Shown here: in pieces, positions 32,091 to 41,016 of the stretch | Layout: each line of letters opens with the position of its first letter | Numbering within the stretch: position 1 is the stretch's first letter | Origin: Treponemataceae bacterium | GTDB taxonomy: Bacteria > Spirochaetota > Spirochaetia > Treponematales > Rectinemataceae | Reading direction: 5' to 3' | DNA: 63,103 bases | NCBI GenBank assembly: GCA_963677895.2 | Contig: CAXXGJ010000022.1 | Location: 1-63,103 of the forward strand | Translations under genes and position numbers: made by a program | Notes under the pieces: generated by a model | The model's input: only the letters and a program-made list of their open reading frames with translations | Databases searched by the model: none | What the model was told of the DNA's origin: nothing

Positions 32091-32858
32091 CTATAGAAAG
32101 CGGGTAAAGCCTCTCGCGACAACGTCCCCGCCCCTCGTCAGGAGGGAAAGCTTGCCGCCGGAAGCCTCGTCGTCGGTCCAGAACGCCGCGACTTCCTCGC
32201 CCAGCTTCACTTCGGACACGAAATCGACCTTCAGTCTGGCAAGGCGTCCGGAACCGCGCTCCTCCATGGGTATGGCGTCGCAGAGCCAGTTGATGAAATG
32301 GGCATTGTTGACATGACCGTTATAGTCTATATGGCGATTCCCCACGTTCAGCCTGAAAGACTCGGCCCAGCCGTCGGAGAGGCCTCCGGAAAAACCGGCA
32401 AAGCCCTCCATATGCTGTATTCCCGTCGAAAGATCGGGATAGGGCGCGGGAAGGTCCGCCTTCATGGCGGGATCGAGGAGGCGTTCGGGCCGCAGCAGCC
32501 TGCGCTTTTCCATGTCGACGATCATGTAATCGTAGAGGGCGCCCGCCAGGCGCCTGCCCGGCGCCGAATACATTTCGATATAGCGGAGCGCGAAAATGCG
32601 ATCGGTGCCAGCCGGCCAGGTGCGCAGGAGGATCTCGTCGCCCTCGCGCGGAAGGTCTTCGATTTCGATATCGATGCGGGAGAGCATCCAGGTCTGGCCC
32701 TTGGCGAACATGGCTCCCATGCCGACCCCGAGCTCATAGGCGTGGTTGCCCGCGATTTCCTGAAAGTAATTGGCCAGCGCCAGCGGGCTGAAAGGCCCGC
32801 CATAGCCGCAGTCGTATCCCCATATTTTGTGTTTCGTCTCGTAAGGTTGAACTGACAT
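32091..32858 (-). CDS. Acyl-ACP thioesterase
   Basis: YFQEIAGNHA, WMLSR and IDYNGHVNNAHFINW (double hot-dog fold). Confidence 0.88.
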   Translation of the reverse strand: MSVQPYETKHKIWGYDCGYGGPFSPLALANYFQEIAGNHAYELGVGMGAMFAKGQTWMLSRIDIEIEDLPREGDEILLRTWPAGTDRIFALRYIEMYSAPGRRLAGALYDYMIVDMEKRRLLRPERLLDPAMKADLPAPYPDLSTGIQHMEGFAGFSGGLSDGWAESFRLNVGNRHIDYNGHVNNAHFINWLCDAIPMEERGSGRLARLKVDFVSEVKLGEEVAAFWTDDEASGGKLSLLTRGGDVVARGFTRFL

Positions 32859-32925
32859 GATCAGACACTATATCAATATCCCACAACATGTGAAAGTCGC
32901 GTTATACTGTGGGCAGAGGTGACAG

Positions 32926-35391
32926 ATGTGTGGAATAGTGTCTTTGATCTATAAGACAGAAAATCCGGACATGGGCAAGGAAGCGGAAGCCCTTCTGAGA
33001 CGCCTCGAGTACAGGGGCTACGATTCGACGGGCGCTTCCTTCATAGACGACAAGCGAGAAATCGTCCTGCTCAAGAAAACGGGCGCGCCTTCCAAGGTCT
33101 GCCCGGCCCTCTCCATAGGCAAGCATTCCGGCCAGCGTTTCATCGGGCAGGTCCGATGGGCCACCTATGGCGCCGTGACCGACGTCAACAGCCAGCCCCA
33201 TCATGTCAGGTGCAAGATCGAGATGGTGGGCGCGCATAACGGCAATATATCCAATACAGACTCGCTCAAGGCATGGCTTTCCTCCCGCGGCCATGCCGTC
33301 ATTTCGGACAACGACGGCGAGATCATCGTCCATCTTGTGGAAGAACATTACGCGTCCAATCAGAGGCTCTCGAGCGCCGACCTGGCCGGCATGCGCCAAG
33401 CCTACGCGGCCTCGGGACTGCGCGACGGCGTCCCCGACGGCGTCCTTCGCATGATCGATGCCATCAGAAAGACTGAGGCCCTCGCGGAAGGCTCCTACGC
33501 GGCCGCCGTGGCCGACCCCAAACTCCCGGGCGTATTCGCCATCAAATCGGGATCCTCGCTCTACGCCGGCGTAGGCAGCGACGCCCGCGGCAACTTCATC
33601 GTCGTCTCGTCGGATCTCACTTCGGTGCTGTCCAAGACGCGAGCCCTCATTCCCCTTTCCGAGGGAGAAGGGCTTTGGTTCACCGAAAACAGCTATCTGC
33701 TCTTCAACCTCAAGGGGACGCCCGCCTTCTCCAGACCCAAGCTCAGGCGCTCGAAATTGTCGGTCAGGGATACCCAGCTCAATCCCCGCTTCAAGCATTA
33801 TATGGAGCAGGAAATAATGGGAAGCTCGGCCAACATGGATCAGATTCTCCGTTACTATTTCAGGAATCCCAAGGAGGAGACGCTCGGCGCCATATTCGAG
33901 GAGAGGAAGGACGAGTGCAAGGAATCAGCCGACGCGCTCGCCGGCCTGTCGGAAAAATTCGGCGACGAACTGCTCAGGAACGAGATGGAAGCGATATTTA
34001 CATCGCCTTCCTGGGCCGACGTGAGCGCGCGCGTCGCGGCCGCCGGAAAGTTCCCCGAGGAAAAGCAAGCCTTTGTCTCGGATGAGGCGGAGCTTCTCGA
34101 CGAGCTGGAACGATTGAGGCCGCGACGCGCCGGCGACCTCGCGCTTATGGATTCGGTGTTCGTGTGGCGGAAGCGCCGCGCCGTGCTGCGCTACCTCAGC
34201 GAACTGAAGTCGGCGCTCGCCGAGACGAACAATTCCGGGGGCAGAATCTATCTCGTGGCCTCGGGCACCTCGTACCACGCGGCCCTCACCGCCGCCTATT
34301 TCTTCAACGGAATCGCGCATCTTCCTATCTATCCCTGCAATCCAGGCATTTTCCGTTCCATGTATTTCTCGTGCATGCGCGGCGACGACTTCATCCTGGG
34401 CATCACGCAGTCCGGGGAGACGAAAGACCTGGTCGACATATTCCAGGACGCCAAGGAAAAGTATCCGGGAATCCGGCGCGCCTGTCTCGTCAACAACGAG
34501 AATTCGAGAATTCCCCAGGAACTTTCCGACTTCTATCTGCCCATCCTCTGCGGACCTGAAATCGCCGTTGCGGCGACAAAGTCCTTTATAAATCAGCTGG
34601 CCATCCTGTACCTCGTGGCATCAAGTCTCGTTCTATCCGAGAGGGAAGTGAAGGAAAAGCTCGTCGCGGCGAAAGCGCTGATGGAAGACAGCATGGAAAC
34701 GACGATGGGCGATATCGAAACCGCCGCCACGCGCCTTTTCGCCAAACCTTCGATCCATATCCTCGGAACGAGCCTTATTGGCCTGGCTCGCGAAGGCGCG
34801 CTGAAAATAAGAGAGGTGGTGCTCAATCACACCGAAGGGTACGATGCCGCGGAATTCAAGCATGGTCCCAATACCATCCTGGGACGGAACACGCTTTTTT
34901 CGCTTTCGGACATGGAACTCCTGCTGGATGAATACAGGACGATGGTGATGAGCGACGGGACGATGGCCAAAGGAAGCGCGAAGGAGATCTTCATTCGGAA
35001 TCCGGCCCTCATCGAAAGACTATTCAGCGCTTATCCCCTCGTCTTCGTATGCCCGCCGGATGACCGCGACGCGCGGATCACCATCAGCCAGATCCACACG
35101 CACAAAATCAGGGGTGCCGACATCATCCTCATAGCCGAGCGCCGGCAGGATCTCGCCCTCGCCGTCGAGGGCAAGCCGATGGGGAGCGATGGATATTGGT
35201 CCAAATATATCGAGATTCCCCACACGGACGATCCGTTCGTATTCGTGTTCGGCGCGGCGATCGTCCTCCAATACCTTGCCTACAGGATGTCGGTGCGAAA
35301 AATGGAGTGGCTCAATGAATTGGGGGTCGCCGACCACGGCGTCCATCCCGACGCGCCGAAAAACGTCTCCAAGTCCATAACCGTCGACTGA
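32926..35391 (+). CDS. glmS: GlmS-like glutamine--fructose-6-phosphate aminotransferase with large insertions (821 aa)
   Basis: MCGI nucleophile, LEYRGYDSTG, RWAT, HNG, SGTSYHA, QSGET, EGALK, EFKHGP and C-terminal PKNVSKSITVD. Confidence 0.85.
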   Translation: MCGIVSLIYKTENPDMGKEAEALLRRLEYRGYDSTGASFIDDKREIVLLKKTGAPSKVCPALSIGKHSGQRFIGQVRWATYGAVTDVNSQPHHVRCKIEMVGAHNGNISNTDSLKAWLSSRGHAVISDNDGEIIVHLVEEHYASNQRLSSADLAGMRQAYAASGLRDGVPDGVLRMIDAIRKTEALAEGSYAAAVADPKLPGVFAIKSGSSLYAGVGSDARGNFIVVSSDLTSVLSKTRALIPLSEGEGLWFTENSYLLFNLKGTPAFSRPKLRRSKLSVRDTQLNPRFKHYMEQEIMGSSANMDQILRYYFRNPKEETLGAIFEERKDECKESADALAGLSEKFGDELLRNEMEAIFTSPSWADVSARVAAAGKFPEEKQAFVSDEAELLDELERLRPRRAGDLALMDSVFVWRKRRAVLRYLSELKSALAETNNSGGRIYLVASGTSYHAALTAAYFFNGIAHLPIYPCNPGIFRSMYFSCMRGDDFILGITQSGETKDLVDIFQDAKEKYPGIRRACLVNNENSRIPQELSDFYLPILCGPEIAVAATKSFINQLAILYLVASSLVLSEREVKEKLVAAKALMEDSMETTMGDIETAATRLFAKPSIHILGTSLIGLAREGALKIREVVLNHTEGYDAAEFKHGPNTILGRNTLFSLSDMELLLDEYRTMVMSDGTMAKGSAKEIFIRNPALIERLFSAYPLVFVCPPDDRDARITISQIHTHKIRGADIILIAERRQDLALAVEGKPMGSDGYWSKYIEIPHTDDPFVFVFGAAIVLQYLAYRMSVRKMEWLNELGVADHGVHPDAPKNVSKSITVD

Positions 35392-35414
35392 ACGGCGGGG
35401 AGGGATGCTTTGCC

Positions 35415-36227
35415 TTACTCGCTTAAATACAGCGCCGCGCCGAGCGCGGTCGCGTACTGGGCGAGTTCGGGGACGATGAAGCGTATGCCATAGATGGGGT
35501 AGAGCTTTTCCAGCACGGTGACCGCCGCCGGAATCTGCATCGTGTTGCCCACGACGACAATCGTCGAGTCGCGCTCGGCGCGTGAAGCGAAGAGCGCCAG
35601 CATGCCCACGGTCTGGAACACCATATTGACAATGCCCGCCGCGAAATCCTCGACGCTTGGTCGATCGGCCATCTTGCCGAAATTGGACGCGGTGGCTTCG
35701 CGCGGCAGCGTACCCACTTCTTTGGAAGAAATATCGCCGACGGTCAGATCGACGCCCTTCACGTCGCCCCGCGAAGCCGCGAGGGCAAGAGTGTCGAAAT
35801 CCGTGATCCCGGCCAGGGCCTTGCCGAGCCCCAGGATCGTGCCTCCACCGATGCCCGAGCCGCCCACATGGCGCGCCTGCCTGCCTTCGGCGTGGACGAT
35901 GGCCGTTCCCGTCCCCACGGAGACGACCAGGGCCCGCTCGGCGCCGGAAAGCTCCAATCCGCCAAGGCCAACGGCCTGGAATTCCTCCACGTGCTCGACC
36001 TTTATGCCGAGAACGTCCTCCCCGATGGCGCTGGAGCCGACGCCGGTCACCGCGAGCCTCGTGATGTCGCCCATCTTCTTTCCGGCCACGGAAAGAAATT
36101 TCCCGATGGCCCCCGCGGCCGAAGTGACGGGATCGCTCGCCTTGACCGTGGCGCAGATTCTTTCCTTATTGGGTCCGAGGCCGACGATCTTGGTCGTCGT
36201 GCCGCCGATATCTATGCCGACTATCAT
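35415..36227 (-). CDS. Type II (Fumble-like) pantothenate kinase
   Basis: GIDIGGTTTK, AVTGVG, EEFQA, SVGTGT, VGGSGIGGGTILGL, DLTVGDI and ASNFGK. Confidence 0.85.
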   Translation of the reverse strand: MIVGIDIGGTTTKIVGLGPNKERICATVKASDPVTSAAGAIGKFLSVAGKKMGDITRLAVTGVGSSAIGEDVLGIKVEHVEEFQAVGLGGLELSGAERALVVSVGTGTAIVHAEGRQARHVGGSGIGGGTILGLGKALAGITDFDTLALAASRGDVKGVDLTVGDISSKEVGTLPREATASNFGKMADRPSVEDFAAGIVNMVFQTVGMLALFASRAERDSTIVVVGNTMQIPAAVTVLEKLYPIYGIRFIVPELAQYATALGAALYLSE

Positions 36228-37090
36228 TATTTCCTCGCTTCTTGGTGTCTGCCCGCGCCGTAAGACGACAGAAAAGCGTCCAACGTCGGCCGCAGCGACG
36301 GATCATTCGCGGCGTTGAACAGGATCGCTTCCAGATAGCCGGCCGGATCGCCCGTGTCGAGTCTCGTTCCGGCGACGCGCGTGAAGGCCATCTTGCCCGC
36401 CTCGATCATGCGGTCCAAGGCGTACGTATGATAATACTCGCCCTTGCCATGTTTCGCCCAACCTTCCTCGAGCCTGTCGAAAAATTCCGGAGTATACAGA
36501 TATCGGCCGATGGACACTTCGTGGCTGGGTTCGCTGCCGCGAGCCGGCTTTTCCACGAAGCCTTTCACGCCGACGCCGTCTTTTTCCGGATCGACGATAC
36601 CGTAGCGGGACACGTCGCCGGGTTCGAATATCGTGGCCAGGATGCACTTGCCCGTTTTATGGTACACGTCGATGAGCTGGCGCGCGAGGGGGATATCGCC
36701 CAGGACCAGATCGTCAGGATAAGCCACGACGCAGGGTTCGCCGCCGATGAGGTTTTTCACCTGCAGCAGCGCGTGTCCGGTGCCCATCATCTCCGTCTGG
36801 CGCACGAAGGAAATGCGCGCCGGCGGCGGGCTTATCAAGGCAAGCTTGTCGGCTTTACCTTCCCTCGCAAAAAGGCCTTCCAGCTCTATCTCGCGGTCGA
36901 AATAGTCCTCGAGGGCTTTCTTCCTCCGCGATGAGATGATGATGATATCCTTGATGCCCGAGGCGATGAACTCATCGACGATATAGGCGATGCTCGGCTT
37001 CACGCCGACGGGCAGGAGTTCCTTGGGAACGGTCTTGGTGACGGGCAGAAAACGCGTGCCATAACCGGCTGCGACGATGATCCCTTTCAT
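36227..37090 (-). CDS. galU: UTP--glucose-1-phosphate uridylyltransferase
   Basis: AAGYGTRFLPVTKTVPKELLP, VRQTEMMGTGHA, FVEKP and IGRY. Confidence 0.88.
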   Translation of the reverse strand: MKGIIVAAGYGTRFLPVTKTVPKELLPVGVKPSIAYIVDEFIASGIKDIIIISSRRKKALEDYFDREIELEGLFAREGKADKLALISPPPARISFVRQTEMMGTGHALLQVKNLIGGEPCVVAYPDDLVLGDIPLARQLIDVYHKTGKCILATIFEPGDVSRYGIVDPEKDGVGVKGFVEKPARGSEPSHEVSIGRYLYTPEFFDRLEEGWAKHGKGEYYHTYALDRMIEAGKMAFTRVAGTRLDTGDPAGYLEAILFNAANDPSLRPTLDAFLSSYGAGRHQEARK

Positions 37091-37097
37091 GGCGTCG

Positions 37098-37126
37098 ATT
37101 CTAGCCCCCCGGCAGCTATTAGGCAA
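37098..37126 (-). promoter_or_regulatory. sigma70 promoter TTGCCT-N17-TAGAAT for galU
   Basis: -10 ends 7 nt before ATG 37090. No SD sequence is present. Confidence 0.6.
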
Positions 37127-37199
37127 GGCTGAGCGAAGGACAATGAAGCGTGGCGGAGATAGCGTCCATATTGATCGGCGAATCCGAGCGCTGCCGATA

Positions 37200-37244
37200 A
37201 ACAACAGGATATCCCCGCGAAATACGCGGAGATATCCTGTTGTT
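37200..37244 (-). terminator. Long hairpin downstream of the flavoprotein gene
   Basis: AACAACAGGATATC-C-CCGCG / CGCGG-A-GATATCCTGTTGTT, 19 paired bases with one mismatch. Confidence 0.7.
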
Positions 37245-37273
37245 ATAATTTAAATGGATCGTGCGAGTGTTAT

Positions 37274-39088
37274 CTATTTCTTGAGGGCGTATTGGGCAGC
37301 GCTTTCTCCCGCGATTTTTCCCCATACTATGCAGCTTGTATTCGCCAAGCCGCCGATGGATGCGCCGCCGCCGATATTGGCTCCGCCCGCCAGCTCTCCG
37401 CATTCGAACAGGCCGGGAATGGGTTTGTCTTTCGCGTCAAGCACTTGCGCAAGCGGATTCATCTTAGGACCGCCCTTCGTGAGCATGACGTAAGGGACTG
37501 TCTTGACGGCATAGAAGGGACCTTCCGTCAGGGGAATCAGGGAGCCGGTCCTGCCGAATTCTTCATCCTTGCCGGACGCGCATGAGGCGTTGTACGCCTT
37601 GACGGTGGCTTTCAGGGCCTCTCCATCAATGCCAGCAGCCTTTGCCAAAGCTTCGAGGGAATCCGCTTTTAAAACGACTTCGCCCTTGACGGCTTCCGCG
37701 TCAAAGCGCGCCCAATTTTGATCCGGTTTGTTGTTCACGACGAAGAGAGGGGTTTGGGATTCCTTCATTTTCTGGGTGAGGATCATGTAGACGATATTCT
37801 CAGACGCGGTTGCCCAAGCTTGCTTTTTCTTTCCGTCCGTGCACCCGAATTCGTCGATGAAGCGTTCCCCGTCTTTGGCAACCCAAATAACTCCCGGGTA
37901 TTTCGTATTCAAGGCGGTCACGGTGTGCTTAAATCCGCTGTCAGAGACGGGAACTCCTCCGGCATAGGCGGGCAGATAACTCATGTTGGAGAAGACAGCG
38001 CCGGCTTTTTCCGCAAATACATATCCGTCGCCCGTCACGAAATCCGGTGAATCCGTCAGGACGTTCTTGAAATTGTATCGATGTATCCACTCCTCATTGT
38101 GACCATACCCGCCCGTAGCCAGAATGATCGATGCGGCCTTGTAAGTGGTCTTTGCTGCGTCGGCAATCACGACACCGGTTACGGCTCCTGATTCGATTAT
38201 GATGTCTTGGACCCGAGTATTCAGGAGAAGAACGATTTTTCCATTCTTGATATGCTTGTAAAGAAGCGGCTTGATCGTCTCCAGGATGGCTACTCCGTTC
38301 CCCTTGACCCTGTGTTCCCGGGGCGTTCCGAACGCATCGTAGGTAGCGGGCTGGGTCGGGATCCTGTCGCCGAAATCGGCGCCCAGCGAATCCATCCAGT
38401 CCACGGCCGCCGCGGAGTTGTCGACATGTTTCTTGGTAAGCTCAGGAATATTGAGGCCACCACCCATCGATTTGATGTCGGCCATGAATTTTTCCGGCGT
38501 ATCCTCGATCCCCGCGGCTTTCTGCATCTTCGTACCGGCTCCGCTCAGGGTACCTCCCGCGTAACGTCCCGATCCGCCTATGTCTCCATTTTTCTCGATG
38601 AGATATACCTTGGCGCCTCGATCAGCCGCTTCGATCGCAGCGTTTATTCCTGCCGATCCCGCGCCTATGACGATAACGTCAGGATTCATGAAGGCAAGAG
38701 GTATGTCCTTTTTCTCGTCAACAATACCTTGAGCTTTTTCGAGGGCCTTCTTCACGGCTGCCTTGATGGCTGCCGAAGTGACGCTGGCTCCAGCGACTGA
38801 ATCTACGTCAACGCTTCCCGCCTTGACGATGGCCGCGGGGATCTTCTCCAGAGCTGCGTCCGCGATGCCCTTTGTCTCGCTCTGGGAGACGATGCCGACT
38901 TTCACTATGCTGTTCGAATTAACGGTTACGGAAACGATCACATCCCCATGCATGCCAGGCGCCGCCGCTTCATAGGTCCCGGCTTTGTATTTGACTGAAC
39001 TATCGCCCGTGCTCGCACAAGAAACGAATAGTATCAAGAAAACGGCGAGAAGCGTGAGGAGTCCAAAAACTCGTGACTTTGTTTTCAT
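37274..39088 (-). CDS. Lipoprotein flavin reductase: FMN-binding domain plus fumarate-reductase/flavocytochrome c-family FAD domain
   Basis: Lipobox LFVSC, FMN_bind segment SETKGI...VDSVAGASVTS, and IGAGSAG, ILATGGYG, TGDG, IPGLFECGE. Confidence 0.88.
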   Translation of the reverse strand: MKTKSRVFGLLTLLAVFLILFVSCASTGDSSVKYKAGTYEAAAPGMHGDVIVSVTVNSNSIVKVGIVSQSETKGIADAALEKIPAAIVKAGSVDVDSVAGASVTSAAIKAAVKKALEKAQGIVDEKKDIPLAFMNPDVIVIGAGSAGINAAIEAADRGAKVYLIEKNGDIGGSGRYAGGTLSGAGTKMQKAAGIEDTPEKFMADIKSMGGGLNIPELTKKHVDNSAAAVDWMDSLGADFGDRIPTQPATYDAFGTPREHRVKGNGVAILETIKPLLYKHIKNGKIVLLLNTRVQDIIIESGAVTGVVIADAAKTTYKAASIILATGGYGHNEEWIHRYNFKNVLTDSPDFVTGDGYVFAEKAGAVFSNMSYLPAYAGGVPVSDSGFKHTVTALNTKYPGVIWVAKDGERFIDEFGCTDGKKKQAWATASENIVYMILTQKMKESQTPLFVVNNKPDQNWARFDAEAVKGEVVLKADSLEALAKAAGIDGEALKATVKAYNASCASGKDEEFGRTGSLIPLTEGPFYAVKTVPYVMLTKGGPKMNPLAQVLDAKDKPIPGLFECGELAGGANIGGGASIGGLANTSCIVWGKIAGESAAQYALKK

Positions 39089-39276
39089 CCTTGTTCAACC
39101 TTTGTTGTAGAATTCTTGAGCTGGAATAATTCCTTTTTGCTCTATTCGCTCTATTATTCATTTAAATCCAGTTTTAAACAATATGATTGCATAAATATCG
39201 ATAAAGAAAGACCATATTTGCTTCATTTTCTTCAGGACGATCCTTTCTCACAACGTCAACACGTCAATTGGCGCGT

Positions 39277-41016
39277 TCAGCCTACGCACCACCCGCCCTT
39301 CCCTTCGTTCTTCGCCTTGTAGAGCCCGCGATCGGCCATTTGCAGGGTCGCCGTCAGCTCCTCGAAGCTGGGCTCGCCGCCGCAGCAGAATGCCACCCCG
39401 GCCGAAACGGTGTATCCGACGACTCTCGGCGCTCCATTTACCGCCGACGCGTCCTGGACCGCGGCGACGCCGGATTGCCTGCAATCCGAAACGAGGTGAT
39501 CGGCGATCGTGTTGGCTACCTCGAGAGGACAACCGCGCAGGACGAGGAGAAACTCGTCGCCTCCGGTTCTCACCACGCAATCGTCGGCGCGGATGTTCCT
39601 CTGGGCGACCCTTACCAGATCGACGAGAATGGCGTCGCCCGTCGCGTGGCCGAAGCTGTCGTTGATGGATTTGAAGTTGTCGATATCGAAGGCCAATACG
39701 GAAAAGGGCTTCTTGAGATCGTCAGCGAGAATCGGCAGTATTTTCCGGTTGTAGCATCCCGTGAGTTCGTCGTGGAGCGCTTCTTCACGGAACGAGGCCG
39801 CCCGTCGCCGCTCCACGATGAGCGCTCTGTAATGACCCAAGGCATCGTAAACCACGAAGCCGCAGGAAGCCAATGCCAGCACGATAAAACCGTAATGGGA
39901 GACCATGATGGCCCCGGGATCGTCCACCAGGACGAGAAGGATGATGTCGCGCGTCGCGCTGAGGAAGGCCACGACGACGCCGAAGACGATGATCCGCAGG
40001 GAACCCGCCTTCCGGGCCTGGCCGGCCACGATCACCAAAAGATAGGTCTGCAGCGGCAGAAAAGCGAGATAGGTATAGCCGTAGAGGCGTTTTATGGCGA
40101 CGATGTCGCCCGGGTAGACGAGAACTAGGGCGAAGCAGGCCAGCTGCATGGCGGTGAAGATGATGGCGAAAATATCCGGTTTTCTGTCGAGAAGCTTCAG
40201 GTAGGCTATCACGAAAAGCGCGGCGCTCAGGTGGCGCAGCGATACGACGATTTTCTTGAAAGCCACGAGCGAGATCGGGAGACGCTCCAGATAGACGAAA
40301 TCGGCGAGGAAAACGGCGACGGCGATACCGGCGATGCCCAGAAGGATGTTGGATAGCCTGCTCAGGTCGTTGAAGATCCCCATGCTCAGGACGATGATCG
40401 AAAACGCCAGGATCGCGCCCATCGAGAGCCAGATCGCGCCGTTGGAAAAGAGCATTAAGAGAAAGAGCCGCGGTCCGTGGCGGTTCGCGTCGATCAGATA
40501 CGGCAATACGGTGATTCCCGCCTCATAGGTGCCCGCTATGCGGGCGTCGATGGTGTTTTCGATCGAAAGCAGGCCGGCGGGAACGGGAAAGACATGCACC
40601 GCGTTCCATATGCTGGATCGCCCATCCTTTGGATCGCCGCGTACGCCTATAGGCAGGCCGTTGAGGGTCACCGCCAGCGAGCTTCCCGCCATCTGCGGAA
40701 ACACGATGGCCCAGTTTTCGCCGCCCGCGATCGCGCCAGGAACGCGAAGCTTCATATGGAATACATAGCCGCCGGACTGGAAGGAGGCATCGCCTGTGCA
40801 GGAAATGAGGATCGGCAGCGCTTTTGTCCCGAGAGAGACTCCATCCCTCTCGATCGCCGCCGAGGGTTCCGCAAGCAGCGCGTCGCGTGGCGCCTTGTAG
40901 GCGGACAGGAAGGCCTGGAGCGCGAAGACTACTAAAAACACCGCGGCGATGTACGCCGCGCTTCTCATGTTCGCTCGAGGGGAAGGTTTGGGCATGCCCG
41001 CCTCGTTTTCCTTCAT
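39277..41016 (-). CDS. Membrane-bound diguanylate cyclase with extracytoplasmic beta-rich domain and about 7 TM segments
   Basis: DELTGCYNR, DIDNFKSIND and RADD..RTGGDEF. Confidence 0.9.
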   Translation of the reverse strand: MKENEAGMPKPSPRANMRSAAYIAAVFLVVFALQAFLSAYKAPRDALLAEPSAAIERDGVSLGTKALPILISCTGDASFQSGGYVFHMKLRVPGAIAGGENWAIVFPQMAGSSLAVTLNGLPIGVRGDPKDGRSSIWNAVHVFPVPAGLLSIENTIDARIAGTYEAGITVLPYLIDANRHGPRLFLLMLFSNGAIWLSMGAILAFSIIVLSMGIFNDLSRLSNILLGIAGIAVAVFLADFVYLERLPISLVAFKKIVVSLRHLSAALFVIAYLKLLDRKPDIFAIIFTAMQLACFALVLVYPGDIVAIKRLYGYTYLAFLPLQTYLLVIVAGQARKAGSLRIIVFGVVVAFLSATRDIILLVLVDDPGAIMVSHYGFIVLALASCGFVVYDALGHYRALIVERRRAASFREEALHDELTGCYNRKILPILADDLKKPFSVLAFDIDNFKSINDSFGHATGDAILVDLVRVAQRNIRADDCVVRTGGDEFLLVLRGCPLEVANTIADHLVSDCRQSGVAAVQDASAVNGAPRVVGYTVSAGVAFCCGGEPSFEELTATLQMADRGLYKAKNEGKGGWCVG

